64,000 nucleotides of DNA from Candidatus Curtissbacteria bacterium (GCA_038326365.1 JBBQJY010000002.1:17960-81959); one strand, 5' to 3'. Numbered from the stretch's first letter, positions 29,762-41,186 are shown. Numbers and translations are program-made. Notes: generated by a model not told the origin, from the sequence alone.

Positions 29762-30808
29762 TTAAATCTCAACAATTTTGGCCTTTTTAAAAATTTCTTT
29801 GGGAATACTTTCTTTTTCTGCCGCCGTAATTATCGTCTGCTGATTGCCAATAACCGAAAGAACCGTGTCCCTGTGCTCCCAATCAAGCTCACTAAAGATA
29901 TCATCAAGTGCCAAAACTGGTCTTGTGCCTCGTTTGACCTTAAAGTACTCAAGTTCAGCTAATTTAAGTGCCAAAACCGCCATTCTCTGCTCACCCCGTG
30001 AGCCAAAAAACTCCAAGTCGCGTCTCTTGAATTTGAATCTAAAATCATCTCGATGGGGCCCAGACAGGGTAATGCCGGCCGCGATATCACGTTCGCGATT
30101 TTTAATAAGTTTCTCCTCCGTCACCAAACTTTGCTTAAGTTCCCAACCCAAGTCTCCAATTTTTCCCAAAGTCTCTCCTTGTTCCACAAAATTTAAATAT
30201 TCAAAAAATTCACTGCGAGCTTTGGAAATATAATTACCATGTTCCAAAATTCGCTCATCCCAAAATCCAAGCTCAAGTGGCTTAGATTTGCCATCTGCTA
30301 TTCGCATCAAAACTTTATTTCTGCGGCTGACAACCTTGCCATACGCTGAAACCGCTCGCCAATAGCGACTATCAATAGATGAAAGAAACCGATCCAAATG
30401 ATGTCGCCGAAGTGAAGGCGAACCGGAAACCAAATCAAGATCCGTTGGGTCAAAAACAACAACAGAAAAAATCTCTACAAAGTCAACTAGCCTTTTTTTA
30501 ATTGCCCCCTCAAAAAAAGATTTTGCAATTCGCCTGTTATCAATGACTTGAAAATTTACGACAAGTTGATGCCGGTCCCCATCTTCTACCTCACCTTCAA
30601 CCTTACTATCTGCTTGACCAATTTTTACTAGATCCAATTCAGTATCTACTCTGGTGGGTCTTATGCCGGAAATTAGCGCCACCGCTTCCAAAATATTGCT
30701 CTTACCTGCCCCGTTTTTACCCACAATCGCTGTTAGATCTGGAGCAAAAACAACTTTTTTAATCGAAAAGTTTCGCCAATTCGTCAAACCCAAAGAATTA
30801 ATCTGCAT
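29762..30808 (-). CDS. recF: DNA replication and repair protein RecF
   Basis: NWRNF, GKNGAGKSNILEA, GPHRDD, GSRGEQR, LDDIFSELD. Confidence 0.95.
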   Translation of the reverse strand: MQINSLGLTNWRNFSIKKVVFAPDLTAIVGKNGAGKSNILEAVALISGIRPTRVDTELDLVKIGQADSKVEGEVEDGDRHQLVVNFQVIDNRRIAKSFFEGAIKKRLVDFVEIFSVVVFDPTDLDLVSGSPSLRRHHLDRFLSSIDSRYWRAVSAYGKVVSRRNKVLMRIADGKSKPLELGFWDERILEHGNYISKARSEFFEYLNFVEQGETLGKIGDLGWELKQSLVTEEKLIKNRERDIAAGITLSGPHRDDFRFKFKRRDLEFFGSRGEQRMAVLALKLAELEYFKVKRGTRPVLALDDIFSELDWEHRDTVLSVIGNQQTIITAAEKESIPKEIFKKAKIVEI

Positions 30809-32041
30809 CTATTTCCACTTTCGACTAAGGTACCAAAAAAATCCGCTTGAGCTGATAAGTATAGTACCGATACCAAACAACGTACCTAAGTAACCAAATA
30901 CAACTTCAGAAATGGCAGCCACGGGAGAAGCGATTGAGGCAATTAAGGTTGCCAAAATAATATTGGCGCCAAAAACAGTTCCTTGATGGGTGTGCGGAAT
31001 CTTTTTTTGCAGTGCAGTTCGAGATCCTATCATCGTCAGAATAACCCCAAACCCTAACGCAATCAGAAAAGGCGCACTTAAAATTTGCACCACAAATCTC
31101 GATAAAATTTCCAGCTTAATAAGAACTGAATAACAAACTAGCCCCAAACCGAATACCAAATTTCCGACATAAAGAAGCATAAACTCTCGCGTTTTAGGTC
31201 TATGTGTAAAGAAAACACCTCCAAGGACTCCAATTGCAATTAGTGGAAAAATAATAAGAATAGTTCGCTTCAGGGAAAATCCTACGATTTCAACAAAAAA
31301 TCCCGGACCTAGCGTTATTCCGAAAAAAATAGCTCCCTGAATTGCCGAAAATACAAAGAAGAATAACATCGTTCTTTCTGACCTGAAGACATAATCAAAA
31401 CCTTTCCAAATATTTTTAATTCGCAAAGAAATGGATCTTTCTTTTGGTTTTGCAACAGGATTAAGCTTAGGCAAGAAAAATGACAGTACTGCAGCAATAA
31501 CCAACAGCACATCACAGACAATTAATGTCATCTGGCTTCCGGAAAAAAAATAAACAATAGCTGATGCAAAAAGCCCCAGCAATACTCCACTAGCCAAATT
31601 AAATATGAATATTGAATTGGCAACTAAAAGTTCGTCGCTTGAAACCAGCTGAGCCGTTGCCGCTCCCGACGCCGGAATAAAAAATGAATTACCAGCAAAA
31701 TATAAAAAGGCAAGAGAAATTGACGCGTAAACCACGCTCTGGTTTAGGATTATTACCAAAACTACCAGGGCTATAAACAAATTGGCCAAAATTATTATTT
31801 TTCGCCGATCGAATATATCAGCAGCGAGACCCGCAAATGCCATAAAAAGAAAAGATGGAATAGTCAGCGATAAAACCACACCGGAAACCCCCAAGTTACT
31901 TCCCGTTTTCAAAAACACCGAAACGATCAGAGCCAAAACCAGAAAAGCCGATGCTGCCTGGCCAAAGAAAATTATCAACGAGAGAAAGAAGAAGTCACGT
32001 CGTCTCAAGACTTTTAAATAAGTACTAAAGACATTAGACAT
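30809..32041 (-). CDS. MFS transporter
   Basis: 12 TM pattern; motif A GLAADIFDRR. Confidence 0.9.
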   Translation of the reverse strand: MSNVFSTYLKVLRRRDFFFLSLIIFFGQAASAFLVLALIVSVFLKTGSNLGVSGVVLSLTIPSFLFMAFAGLAADIFDRRKIIILANLFIALVVLVIILNQSVVYASISLAFLYFAGNSFFIPASGAATAQLVSSDELLVANSIFIFNLASGVLLGLFASAIVYFFSGSQMTLIVCDVLLVIAAVLSFFLPKLNPVAKPKERSISLRIKNIWKGFDYVFRSERTMLFFFVFSAIQGAIFFGITLGPGFFVEIVGFSLKRTILIIFPLIAIGVLGGVFFTHRPKTREFMLLYVGNLVFGLGLVCYSVLIKLEILSRFVVQILSAPFLIALGFGVILTMIGSRTALQKKIPHTHQGTVFGANIILATLIASIASPVAAISEVVFGYLGTLFGIGTILISSSGFFWYLSRKWK

Positions 32042-32042
32042 T

Positions 32043-32930
32043 TTAAGGTTTTATAGTGAGTACCTGACAATTGGGGCAAAAGTGAGCACTACGTCCATCC
32101 ATTTTTTGCCTAACAATTTTTGTCCCGCAGCGCTCGCAAGGTTTACCGGTCATATGATAAGCCTTGGCAAAAGTTAGATACAAGCCACGCTCTCCCAGAC
32201 CGTCTACAAAAGAATTGGCACTAGATCCACCTTTTTCAATTGCCAACTTAAAACTTTCAATCAAACCCTTAAAAATTGCACGGAAATCATCGTCTTTCAA
32301 AAACCCCAACGCTCCCTTAGGGTGCACTTTGGCCCTCCACAGTGCTTCGTCGCTATAAATATTGCCTACTCCAGCTACAAAAGCTTGATCCATCAGGAGC
32401 TTTTTAATTGTTGCCTGAGGTCTCCTACTTTTTAAGTCATTTATTCTTTTTAAAAACGCAGCAGCCGTCATCTCCATCGGATCCGGACCCAAAACAGTCC
32501 CAATCGCACTCTTGATTGATTCTTCATCTGCCCTTGTCACTTTCACCCACCCAAATTTCCTCATGTCGTTAAAAAATAGATGCCCTTCGTTCGTAAACGC
32601 AAAGGTTGCTCTCGTTGTGCTATTAGGAACCGGTTTATTTAAAGGTGGAATCGGGTGCCCTCCCCCAACTCTAATTTTTTTATCTTGATATATAAGCTGG
32701 CCTGTTAATTTTAGGTGAATAACAACCGAAAATTTGCCTGAAAGGTCAATAATTATTACCTTGCCCATTCTTCGCACACCCTCAACTTTGGCACCCCTTA
32801 TGTCGTCGATAGAAAATCCGTTCCAATAAAACTTGGGTTCCCAATCATACTCAACTGAGTCCAAAGTCAAACCTTTTATGACTTTATTTAGTGATTCAAC
32901 AACAACTGTGACTTCCGGCAACTCAGGCAT
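32043..32930 (-). CDS. mutM: formamidopyrimidine-DNA glycosylase
   Basis: MPELPEV, HLKLTG, DMRKFG, AGVGNIYSDE, C-terminal CERC..CPNCQ zinc finger. Confidence 0.96.
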   Translation of the reverse strand: MPELPEVTVVVESLNKVIKGLTLDSVEYDWEPKFYWNGFSIDDIRGAKVEGVRRMGKVIIIDLSGKFSVVIHLKLTGQLIYQDKKIRVGGGHPIPPLNKPVPNSTTRATFAFTNEGHLFFNDMRKFGWVKVTRADEESIKSAIGTVLGPDPMEMTAAAFLKRINDLKSRRPQATIKKLLMDQAFVAGVGNIYSDEALWRAKVHPKGALGFLKDDDFRAIFKGLIESFKLAIEKGGSSANSFVDGLGERGLYLTFAKAYHMTGKPCERCGTKIVRQKMDGRSAHFCPNCQVLTIKP

Positions 32931-32932
32931 GA

Positions 32933-33709
32933 TTAAAGCTTTGCAAGCGTTCCTTTCTTTTTCGACATATTAAGCATATAAGTAAAAAAGGCAATCGCCA
33001 ACGAAAAATAAATCACATTTAAAACAAAAGCGATGGTAAATTCACCAAAATTAAACATATTTGTGCCCAAAGTATACCTCATACCTTCAAATACGTGAGA
33101 CACGGGCAAGAACCAAACAACTTGCTGGAAAAACTTAGGTAAAACCGAAACTGGATAAAAAACCGCGGCAAACGGCTGAATCGCAAACGGCAAAACCCAC
33201 GTTAGCGGCCCCGCCGAATGGCCCCATTTCGTTATAAGTCCAATGCTAAAAATTCCAAGAGCTCCCGCAAATATCATGAGATTAATCCAAAATAGCACAA
33301 GAGCCAAACCCAACGAAAATATATTAAACTGATAAAAAATAATAGCAATTGCAGCCATGGCTCCGAAGGAAATCAAAAGCTTCATTACCGACACCACAAT
33401 CAACCCTCCAATAAACTCAACCGTTGTAAGTGGTGTGGCCAACATATTAACCAAATTTTTCTCCCAAAGCTCATACATAAAGTCAATTCCAATTGATGAC
33501 CCCGCACGCTCAAAAATGACCCATAATATCATGCCACCCAAAAAAAATGAGGCCAAAGCTGAGGATTGAACCTTTACATAATTTGACAGGAATCCCCACA
33601 TAACAAGTCCCACAATTGGAAAAATCAGCAAATCAGCAAATCTCTCCAAATGATGCATTGTTAAGTAAAAATGCCTCAAAATTATCGCGTAAACTCTAGT
33701 TAGCGACAT
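32933..33709 (-). CDS. ABC-2 type transporter permease
   Basis: 6 TM segments; FYPVSVLP...LPVSHVFEGMR. Confidence 0.88.
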   Translation of the reverse strand: MSLTRVYAIILRHFYLTMHHLERFADLLIFPIVGLVMWGFLSNYVKVQSSALASFFLGGMILWVIFERAGSSIGIDFMYELWEKNLVNMLATPLTTVEFIGGLIVVSVMKLLISFGAMAAIAIIFYQFNIFSLGLALVLFWINLMIFAGALGIFSIGLITKWGHSAGPLTWVLPFAIQPFAAVFYPVSVLPKFFQQVVWFLPVSHVFEGMRYTLGTNMFNFGEFTIAFVLNVIYFSLAIAFFTYMLNMSKKKGTLAKL

Positions 33710-34457
33710 CTTTCCTCCTTGAAAGCTCGATGAATACTTCTCTTAAATTTGGCTCTTTCGTTTCAAGTTCCAACTCTTTTCTGGTCAGCTCCAAAGGGCT
33801 GCCCTGGGCAATTATTTTGCCGTGATTTATAAAAACGACATTATTTGCAACCTGCTCAATTTCCCACATATTATGAGAGGTATAAAGAATTGTCATTTTC
33901 TCCTCTTTTTGAATTTTCTTGATTAAACCAATGCCACGATCCACAATGTCCGGATCCATGGAGGCCATAGGCTCATCAAGAAGAAGCAGTTTTGGCTTAT
34001 TAACTAATGATTTACAAAAATTAGCCCTTGCGCGCTGCCCCAAAGAAAGACTCCTTATACTTCTATTTTTTAAATCCGTCAGATCCAGCTCTTCTAGGAC
34101 TTCCAAAACCCTGAGCTTTGGACTTTTAACTTCGTAAAGGTGTGCGTAAATCAACAAGTTTTCAAATAAGGTTAAATTCCAAGGCAGTACATATTCAGCA
34201 GAACAGTAGTTTACATTTTTCATAATTTCTACTCTATTCTTTTTAATATCCTTACCAAATATTTTAATGTCACCTGAGTCTTTCTCAACAACTCCCAAGA
34301 GACAATTGATAGTTGTCGATTTACCTGCTCCATTTGGACCAAGAAAACCAACGATTTCTCCCTCGTCAGCAGTAAAGGAAATTCCGTCAACCGCAACAAA
34401 TCCATCAAACTTTTTAACCAAATTTTTAACTTCTAAAACTGGATTGTCTTTCGCCAT
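33696..34457 (-). CDS. ABC transporter ATP-binding protein
   Basis: GPNGAGKST, LSLGQ, LLLDEP, SH switch. Confidence 0.95.
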   Translation of the reverse strand: MAKDNPVLEVKNLVKKFDGFVAVDGISFTADEGEIVGFLGPNGAGKSTTINCLLGVVEKDSGDIKIFGKDIKKNRVEIMKNVNYCSAEYVLPWNLTLFENLLIYAHLYEVKSPKLRVLEVLEELDLTDLKNRSIRSLSLGQRARANFCKSLVNKPKLLLLDEPMASMDPDIVDRGIGLIKKIQKEEKMTILYTSHNMWEIEQVANNVVFINHGKIIAQGSPLELTRKELELETKEPNLREVFIELSRRKDVAN

Positions 34458-34494
34458 AGAAAGATTTTAACGGAAATCAGGCACTAAAAATAGG

Positions 34495-34758
34495 CTAAGG
34501 CTTTTTAGAGGGAAGTTGAGTGTCGTTTTTGAAAAACTGCCGCATTGCTTGTCTTAATCTATTTTGCTCTCGGGTAGTCTCTATCCCAATCACCTTGGGG
34601 TCAGTCTGCATTTGATTTGATTCATCTCCCCAAGAGTAATCCGTCTCGAGCGAACGAGATTCTAAAAGATAATCGCCGTATCCGCCGCTTGGAAGCGAAG
34701 CTAATTCTCCGTGAAGTCTAAATACGTTTGGAATTCTGACTCCACCTCTTTCGGCCAT
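34495..34758 (-). CDS. hypothetical protein
   Basis: 87-aa ORF with GAGGT directly before the ATG. Confidence 0.55.
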   Translation of the reverse strand: MAERGGVRIPNVFRLHGELASLPSGGYGDYLLESRSLETDYSWGDESNQMQTDPKVIGIETTREQNRLRQAMRQFFKNDTQLPSKKP

Positions 34759-34795
34759 ACCTCACTTTAGCGCTAATTTTTTATAATGATCAAGT

Positions 34796-35911
34796 TTATT
34801 TAATTTTATTCTCTACAAATTTTTTTATCTCTTCCTTAAATCGTTCCTTGCTAAATTTCTGCGCATGATTTTGTATAAACTTGCTGTCCCACTCACCCTT
34901 TTTCTCTTTTGCAAGAAAAACGCTAATTGCCACCGCAAAGGCACCTGGCTTTAAATCCTCAACCAAAAGCCCAGTCTTGCCATCAATCACTGTTTCCAAA
35001 ACACCACCTTCAGCAAGTGCAATTACCGGTTTACCCGCAGCCATCGCCTCAACCGGCACGATTCCAAAGTCTTCCATGCTAGCCGGAAAAATTAGCGCTC
35101 GACACCCTTGATAAAGTTTGACAAGTTCGCGATCGTCCACATCTCCCAAAAACTCAACACTCTCCCCTGCCATTGCACGAAGACGGGCTTCATCGCGTCC
35201 GGTTCCAACAATCTTCAGAGATACTTTCAAATTTGTACAAACCTCAATAGCTAGGTCCACGTTCTTGGCTCCAACTAAACGTGAGACAACAAGAAAATAT
35301 TTTCCGATATTTTCCGATATTGGGTTTTGGGCTTCGAATTTTTCAACATCAACCGGCGGATAGATAACAGTAGACTCTCGCCTGTAAAACTTCTTTATTC
35401 TTGATGCGACCTCTCGGGAATTGGCAACAAACCAATCAACTCCTTGCGCAGCTTCAAAGTCATAAACACGCATAAAATGATTAACAATTGCCGCATAAAC
35501 CCGAACCAACCAATATTTTTGAAAGTTAGAAGCCGTCGGATAACCGTAAAGATATCTCGGCGGCGTATGACAATAACAAATCTCAACAGTACCCTTTCCT
35601 TTTTTAAATCCTTTCGTTACATACCAATTGCTCGAACCAATTACCACATCAAATTCACTAAAGTCGAAACTATTCCAAACCAGTGGTGCAAGAAATCTCA
35701 TTGGGCTGTGCAATTTGCTTGCAAAAAATGGCACCTTTTGTGCCCAAGAAGTTAGTATCTTTTTACCTCTTAGCCTTTTATACGCTGGCGACCCTTCTCT
35801 ATAAAAAGCAGTGTAAATCGGAGCATCTGGCCAAATTTCAGATAGTGCCAACAAAACTCTCTCCGCTCCTCCAAATTCATTTAAATAGTCATGAACAAGT
35901 GCAACTTTCAT
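34796..35911 (-). CDS. glycosyltransferase family 4
   Basis: HDYL...GGAERV, YCHTPPRY, EDFGIVPVEAMAAG. Confidence 0.93.
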   Translation of the reverse strand: MKVALVHDYLNEFGGAERVLLALSEIWPDAPIYTAFYREGSPAYKRLRGKKILTSWAQKVPFFASKLHSPMRFLAPLVWNSFDFSEFDVVIGSSNWYVTKGFKKGKGTVEICYCHTPPRYLYGYPTASNFQKYWLVRVYAAIVNHFMRVYDFEAAQGVDWFVANSREVASRIKKFYRRESTVIYPPVDVEKFEAQNPISENIGKYFLVVSRLVGAKNVDLAIEVCTNLKVSLKIVGTGRDEARLRAMAGESVEFLGDVDDRELVKLYQGCRALIFPASMEDFGIVPVEAMAAGKPVIALAEGGVLETVIDGKTGLLVEDLKPGAFAVAISVFLAKEKKGEWDSKFIQNHAQKFSKERFKEEIKKFVENKIK

Positions 35912-36576
35912 GTAACTAAACTTCTCATGATCTTTTCGTTAACTTCTCTTAAACTCTTCAAAATTAAATTAGCCCCTTCGGGATATTTCTTTGTAAATCT
36001 AATATCCGGAATAAAAATTACTTTCATTCCCCCTGCTTTTGCTGCCAATACTCCATTTACGGAGTCTTCCAAAACTAGACAATTTTTGGGCTCCACTCCC
36101 AATTTTTTGGCTGCAATTAAAAAAACTTCTGGGTCCGGCTTTCCCCTGCTTTGGACAAGATCTTCTTCGGCAACAACAGCCATAAAGTTCCCCTCAATCC
36201 CAAACCTTTTTAGAGCAGGATCAATAATCTTTTTAGTTCCCCCACTTGCAATCGCACACTTAAGACCAAGCTTTTGTGCCAAATCTAATAGTTCTTCTGC
36301 TCCCTCCATCAGAGCCATACGATCATCAAACAGAACTTTCGCAATTGCCCTTCGCTCAACAAGCAAATCCTCAGGATCTCCACCCAAATTATATTTTTCT
36401 TTTAAAAACTTCATATTATCCTGACCCAAATGGCCCATCATTTTGATTTGGTCCCCAGCCTCCAAAACCTTATTTCTACGCTTAAAAAACTCATCATAAG
36501 CCATGTGGATCAACTCTTCGGTGTTAACAAGAAGTCCATCAAAATCAAAAATTAATGCTTTTATGTTGGATTTCAC
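35908..36576 (-). CDS. HAD-superfamily phosphatase (CbbY / beta-PGM-like)
   Basis: FDFDGLL, KPDPEVF, LEDSVNG. Confidence 0.92.
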   Translation of the reverse strand: MKSNIKALIFDFDGLLVNTEELIHMAYDEFFKRRNKVLEAGDQIKMMGHLGQDNMKFLKEKYNLGGDPEDLLVERRAIAKVLFDDRMALMEGAEELLDLAQKLGLKCAIASGGTKKIIDPALKRFGIEGNFMAVVAEEDLVQSRGKPDPEVFLIAAKKLGVEPKNCLVLEDSVNGVLAAKAGGMKVIFIPDIRFTKKYPEGANLILKSLREVNEKIMRSLVT

Positions 36577-37532
36577 TAAATCAATTCTAGCTGATCGGAA
36601 GTATTTTTCTCACTTTTAGTTTGTCTTGGATCAATTAAAAAATTCTCCGAAGAAATTGAATTGTTCTGTTTGCCTGTTAGTTTTGCAACTATGCTTTTAA
36701 ATCCGAGTTCCTCGTATTCACCAATAACTCGCTCGAGGTCCATCTCAAAGCTTAAATCCTCAATCTTACATCCTAAATTAATGGAGGCATCCAACTCGAT
36801 CAACTTTTTAGCCGCAATTGCGTTATCTCGTCCAGCTTCTAATTTTGTTCGAACTTTCTCTGCCGTTTTCGATATATTTTCATAAATTCCCTCAACGCTC
36901 CCGTACTTCTGAATTAAATCGCTGGCAGTTTTTGGACCAATACCGGCAACTCCTGGAATATTATCGCTAGGGTCTCCAGTTAACGATTTCCAATCGATCA
37001 TTTGCTTTGGAGTTACTCCATATTTTTGGGCAACTTCTTCTGGCCCAAACAAAGTCGCGTCTTTAAGGTTCCATCCAGGTGCCTGAACCTTTATCTTTTT
37101 GTCTATTATCTGTAGTAGGTCGCGATCTCCTGAAACGACTACTACTTGCGCTACACTTGGGCCCAGTTGTACAGCAATTGAGGCTAAAAGATCATCAGCC
37201 TCATAACCAGCCTTTTCGAAATACTTGATGCCAAAGGCATCCAAAACTTTTTTTACCTTAGGCAGTTGTGGGTAAAGATCCGCTGGAGGTGCCACTCGAT
37301 GCGCCTTATACGCCTGGAATTCGACATGTCGAAAAGTCGGAGCGCGAGTGTCAAATGCCGCTGCGATATGGGTTGGCTTAAGCTCGTCCATTGCCTTAAA
37401 AAGCATGTTACTAAATCCAAAGACGGCGTTTACATTTATCCCATCTTTGGCAGTCAGAGGTGGCAGTGCATGATAGGCCCGATGAAACAAATTGTTTCCG
37501 TCAATTAACAAGAGAATTTTATGCTCTGGCAT
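36576..37532 (-). CDS. stand-alone 5'-3' exonuclease (PolA N-terminal domain / FEN)
   Basis: IDGN...RAYHA, YKAHR, EADD, SGDRD, GDPSDNIPGVAGIGPKTA; no polymerase domain. Confidence 0.92.
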   Translation of the reverse strand: MPEHKILLLIDGNNLFHRAYHALPPLTAKDGINVNAVFGFSNMLFKAMDELKPTHIAAAFDTRAPTFRHVEFQAYKAHRVAPPADLYPQLPKVKKVLDAFGIKYFEKAGYEADDLLASIAVQLGPSVAQVVVVSGDRDLLQIIDKKIKVQAPGWNLKDATLFGPEEVAQKYGVTPKQMIDWKSLTGDPSDNIPGVAGIGPKTASDLIQKYGSVEGIYENISKTAEKVRTKLEAGRDNAIAAKKLIELDASINLGCKIEDLSFEMDLERVIGEYEELGFKSIVAKLTGKQNNSISSENFLIDPRQTKSEKNTSDQLELI

Positions 37533-37557
37533 TAAGCAATTTTAACACGATGACTAT

Positions 37558-39501
37558 TTAAGCCTGAGCAGGTTTAGAAGCTTTTTTGGGCCGACTAAAT
37601 TTTACTTCGCCATTTGTATGAGGTTTAAGGCCAACAATCTTTTCAAAGTCATCGCTCTCTAGTGTTTCCCTGTCCAGAAGCGCTTCTGCAACTTTGTCTA
37701 AAACTTTCTTATTTTTAACCAGTGTTTCTTTGGCCTTTTTATAACCAGTATCAATCATTTTTTGGACTTCACGGTCGACTTTTGCAGCAGTGTCCTGAGA
37801 CATTTGTGGACTCTCCCCTGTTGGCCAAATTCCAAACTGCGGCCTCGCCTGCATTACAGTTGGGCCAAGATCACTCATTCCAAGCTCCTCTACCATCGCT
37901 CGAGCAATATTTGTGGCAACTTGCAAGTCAGAAGATGCACCGCTGGTTAATTCGTGGAAAACCAACTCTTCAGCTGCGCGACCACCAAGGGCCATCGCGA
38001 TCCTATCAAGAAGCCTTGTTTTTGTTTCCAGATTTCTATCAAACTGCGGATGAACTTCAGTATGCCCTCCGGTATTTGCCCGGGCAACAATTGATATTCT
38101 GTGAACCGGATCAACGTTTTCCAAAAAGTGGGCAACAATGGCGTGACCGCCTTCATGGTAAGCCGTCATTTTGCGCTCTTCCTCGCTTTGCATCCTCTTC
38201 CTTTGAGGTCCCAGTTTCACCTTAGTAGCGGCCTCTTCTAAGTCAACATTTTCAATTTCTTTTCTTGCTTCGCGCGCCGCCAGAATTGCCGCTTCATTGA
38301 GCATGTTGGCAAGATCTGCTCCACTAAACCCCACAGTACGCCTAGCAATTTTATCCATGTCTGCAGTTTTAGCAAACGGCTTACCTCTCATGTGAATCAG
38401 AAGTATTGCCTTTCTGCCTTCGATGTCTGGCAAATCCAGAGCCACACGCCTATCAAACCTTCCCGGCCTGGTCAGTGCCGGGTCCAACATATCGGGTCTG
38501 TTTGTGGCAGCCATCACAATTACATTTTCGTTTGGTGCAAATCCGTCCATTTCCACAAGAATTTGATTTAGGGTCTGTTCTCTCTCGTCGTGTCCTCCAC
38601 TAAAGCCCATACCCCGTATTCGGCCGATTGATTCCACTTCGTCTATAAAGATAATTGACGAACTCTTTTTGGCTTGAGCAAAAAGATCTCGCACACGAGC
38701 AGCTCCCACTCCAACCAGCATTTCCATAAACTCGCTACCAGCAACAGAAAAAAAAGGCACTCCTGCCTCACCGGCAACTGCTTTGGCAAGCAAGGTCTTG
38801 CCGGTTCCAGCCGGACCTACTAAAAGTACACCTTTCGGAGTCCTGGCACCAATGGCCCGATATTTCTCTGGATGCTTTAAAAAGTCGACAACCTCTTGAA
38901 GTTCTTGCTTGGCCTCATCAACACCCGCTACATCTTTAAATGTAGTTTTAGGCATGTCTTTGGTAAACTGCTTAGCCCGCGATTGACCAAATGAAAATAC
39001 ACTCGATGCGCCCTCTCGAGCTTGTCGAAAAATAAAGAAAAAGAAAAGAATAATAATCCCCAAGGGTAAAAATGTTGTCAGAATTGTCAGCCAAGCATCT
39101 GAAACAGATCGATCTTTGACCACTATTTCTACTTTTGTTGGATCAACGCCGGAAGCCTGAAGCGCCGCAAACAGTGATTCTTTATCCTCTTTTCGAGATG
39201 TATAAATCTTGCCGTCTTTAAGATGAATGCTCAGTTTATCTCCATCAATTTCGATATTTTGAACTTGATCCCCTTTAACATCGTTGATAACCGTTGAAAT
39301 TGGCTCAACCGGCAAAAACCGGTCAACCGGGTTAGAAGTTAGCGCAAAAAAGAGAAAGATAATAAGGCCAATTGCCCCATAAATGGCAAATCCACGCCAA
39401 GATGTTTTCTTGCCCATTTTAGGTAGACTTACGCGATGAATTGGACCTTTTTTAGAGTTAGAACCCGTGCTTTTGATATCCTCTTTTTCTTTAGATTTCA
39501 T
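37558..39501 (-). CDS. ftsH: ATP-dependent zinc metalloprotease FtsH
   Basis: 2 TM segments, [33 protein letters not shown]. Confidence 0.97.
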   Translation of the reverse strand: MKSKEKEDIKSTGSNSKKGPIHRVSLPKMGKKTSWRGFAIYGAIGLIIFLFFALTSNPVDRFLPVEPISTVINDVKGDQVQNIEIDGDKLSIHLKDGKIYTSRKEDKESLFAALQASGVDPTKVEIVVKDRSVSDAWLTILTTFLPLGIIILFFFFIFRQAREGASSVFSFGQSRAKQFTKDMPKTTFKDVAGVDEAKQELQEVVDFLKHPEKYRAIGARTPKGVLLVGPAGTGKTLLAKAVAGEAGVPFFSVAGSEFMEMLVGVGAARVRDLFAQAKKSSSIIFIDEVESIGRIRGMGFSGGHDEREQTLNQILVEMDGFAPNENVIVMAATNRPDMLDPALTRPGRFDRRVALDLPDIEGRKAILLIHMRGKPFAKTADMDKIARRTVGFSGADLANMLNEAAILAAREARKEIENVDLEEAATKVKLGPQRKRMQSEEERKMTAYHEGGHAIVAHFLENVDPVHRISIVARANTGGHTEVHPQFDRNLETKTRLLDRIAMALGGRAAEELVFHELTSGASSDLQVATNIARAMVEELGMSDLGPTVMQARPQFGIWPTGESPQMSQDTAAKVDREVQKMIDTGYKKAKETLVKNKKVLDKVAEALLDRETLESDDFEKIVGLKPHTNGEVKFSRPKKASKPAQA

Positions 39502-39559
39502 TTGGAATTTGAACAGTTATTCTATCACTTAAGCAGCCGAATTGCCAGGTTAAACGCTA

Positions 39560-40150
39560 TTATTTTCGAGCAACGTTACTTTTATGCTTAAGCCACGAAC
39601 GAAGAGCATATTCTCTTAAATCACCAAAACGCAAAATAAAATCTGGTACCAAATCTCCGCGATCTATTTTTTTCTTAACTTCTCCAATAAAAGCTTCACC
39701 AGTCAGCTCATCTATATAAGTATCTAAAGCTTCTCTTCTCAGACCCATGATACTAGCCCCCTCTATTCTAGCCTTAGCTTTTGCATCATCTTTATCTTTT
39801 GCAAGCACTAATATACGAATTCCCCTTTCTTTTTCAGCTATTGGCGCAACCCACGCACTAAAAGTTTCACCCTCCGGTGGCATGTGGCCTTCTTTAAAGT
39901 CTGGAGTAATACCGGGAGCATATATCGACTGGTACAAAAATCTTGACTGTTTACCCTCTCTATCTAAAACATTTGACACAATGTACGTCCTATCATCAAA
40001 ATCAGGAAACTGCTGAGATTCTTGAATTGCATGAGCAGTTGCTACACCATCTAATAATGGAAGTCGCCTAAATCTCTCTGGGAATATTGGTTTTAATTTT
40101 TCCTCAATATCCCGATAAGTTGCACCTTTTGCGTCTATTGACTCAACCAT
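39560..40150 (-). CDS. hypothetical protein
   Basis: 196-aa ORF; TATAAT 8 nt upstream of the ATG. Confidence 0.7.
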   Translation of the reverse strand: MVESIDAKGATYRDIEEKLKPIFPERFRRLPLLDGVATAHAIQESQQFPDFDDRTYIVSNVLDREGKQSRFLYQSIYAPGITPDFKEGHMPPEGETFSAWVAPIAEKERGIRILVLAKDKDDAKAKARIEGASIMGLRREALDTYIDELTGEAFIGEVKKKIDRGDLVPDFILRFGDLREYALRSWLKHKSNVARK

Positions 40151-40169
40151 AGTGCGAAATTATATACCT

Positions 40170-41168
40170 TTAGGAGAAATATTCAATCTTCATAGCGCGC
40201 TTGACATCTTTTAGTGTCTTTTGGGCTTCTTCCCTAGCCTTTTTTGTTCCATCAACTAAAATCTTCTCAACTAGTCCGGGTTGTTTTTCAAATTCTGCTC
40301 TTCGTTTTCTAATGGGCGCGAGAAACTCTTCCAAAACATCAACCAGATACTGCTTAATTTCTACATCACGAACTGTACCCTTTCTATATTTATCTTTAAA
40401 TTCTTCAATTTTCGCTTTGTCACTTCCAAACGCATCCAGATAAACAAAAACAGGGTTACCCTCCACATTGCCCGGCTCGTCTCCATGAATTCGATTAGGA
40501 TCTGTATACATCCCCATTACTTTTTTCTTTAAATCGTCAGTGCTTTCTGAAAGAAAGATTGTATTGCCCAAACTTTTGCTCATTTTTGAACTTCCATCAG
40601 TTCCAGGTAGCTTTCCCACCCTTCCAATCAGCGCTTCTGGCTCGGGGAACAAGCCCTGTTTAATCATGTTAAATGTTCGGGCAATCTCCCTCGTCTGTTC
40701 TAAATGTGCTTCTTGATCCTTTCCAACCGGAACCAAATCTGCTTTAACGCACAAAATATCAGCGGCTTGATAAATGGGGTAATTAATAAATCCCAGACTG
40801 TATTGATCGCCCAGGCCCTTCATCTTGATCTCGTCTTTAATGGTTGGATTTCTTAAAGCTCTATTAAACCCGACGTACATGCTGAAAAGAGCAGCAAGTT
40901 CATAAATTTCCGGTACCTGCGACTCAGCAAAAAAAACTACGTTTTCTGGCTCTAATCCTGCCGAAATGTTATCAAGTAAAACCTGTTTTGTATTTTCAGC
41001 TATATCCTGGTAGTTGAGATTAAGAGTCGTCAAAGCATGAGTATCTGCCAAAATCACATATGTTTCGTACTCATGCTGAAGGTGAATACGGTTCTCCAGC
41101 GTCCCAACGTAATGCCCCAAATGCAGCTTACCTGTAGGAGTATCTCCAGTTAGTATTCTCTTTTTCAT
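40170..41168 (-). CDS. trpS: tryptophan--tRNA ligase
   Basis: TGDTPTGKLHLGH, YPIYQAADIL, VPVGKDQ, KMSKS. Confidence 0.97.
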   Translation of the reverse strand: MKKRILTGDTPTGKLHLGHYVGTLENRIHLQHEYETYVILADTHALTTLNLNYQDIAENTKQVLLDNISAGLEPENVVFFAESQVPEIYELAALFSMYVGFNRALRNPTIKDEIKMKGLGDQYSLGFINYPIYQAADILCVKADLVPVGKDQEAHLEQTREIARTFNMIKQGLFPEPEALIGRVGKLPGTDGSSKMSKSLGNTIFLSESTDDLKKKVMGMYTDPNRIHGDEPGNVEGNPVFVYLDAFGSDKAKIEEFKDKYRKGTVRDVEIKQYLVDVLEEFLAPIRKRRAEFEKQPGLVEKILVDGTKKAREEAQKTLKDVKRAMKIEYFS

Positions 41169-41186
41169 CTCCTAGTTGATTATAAC

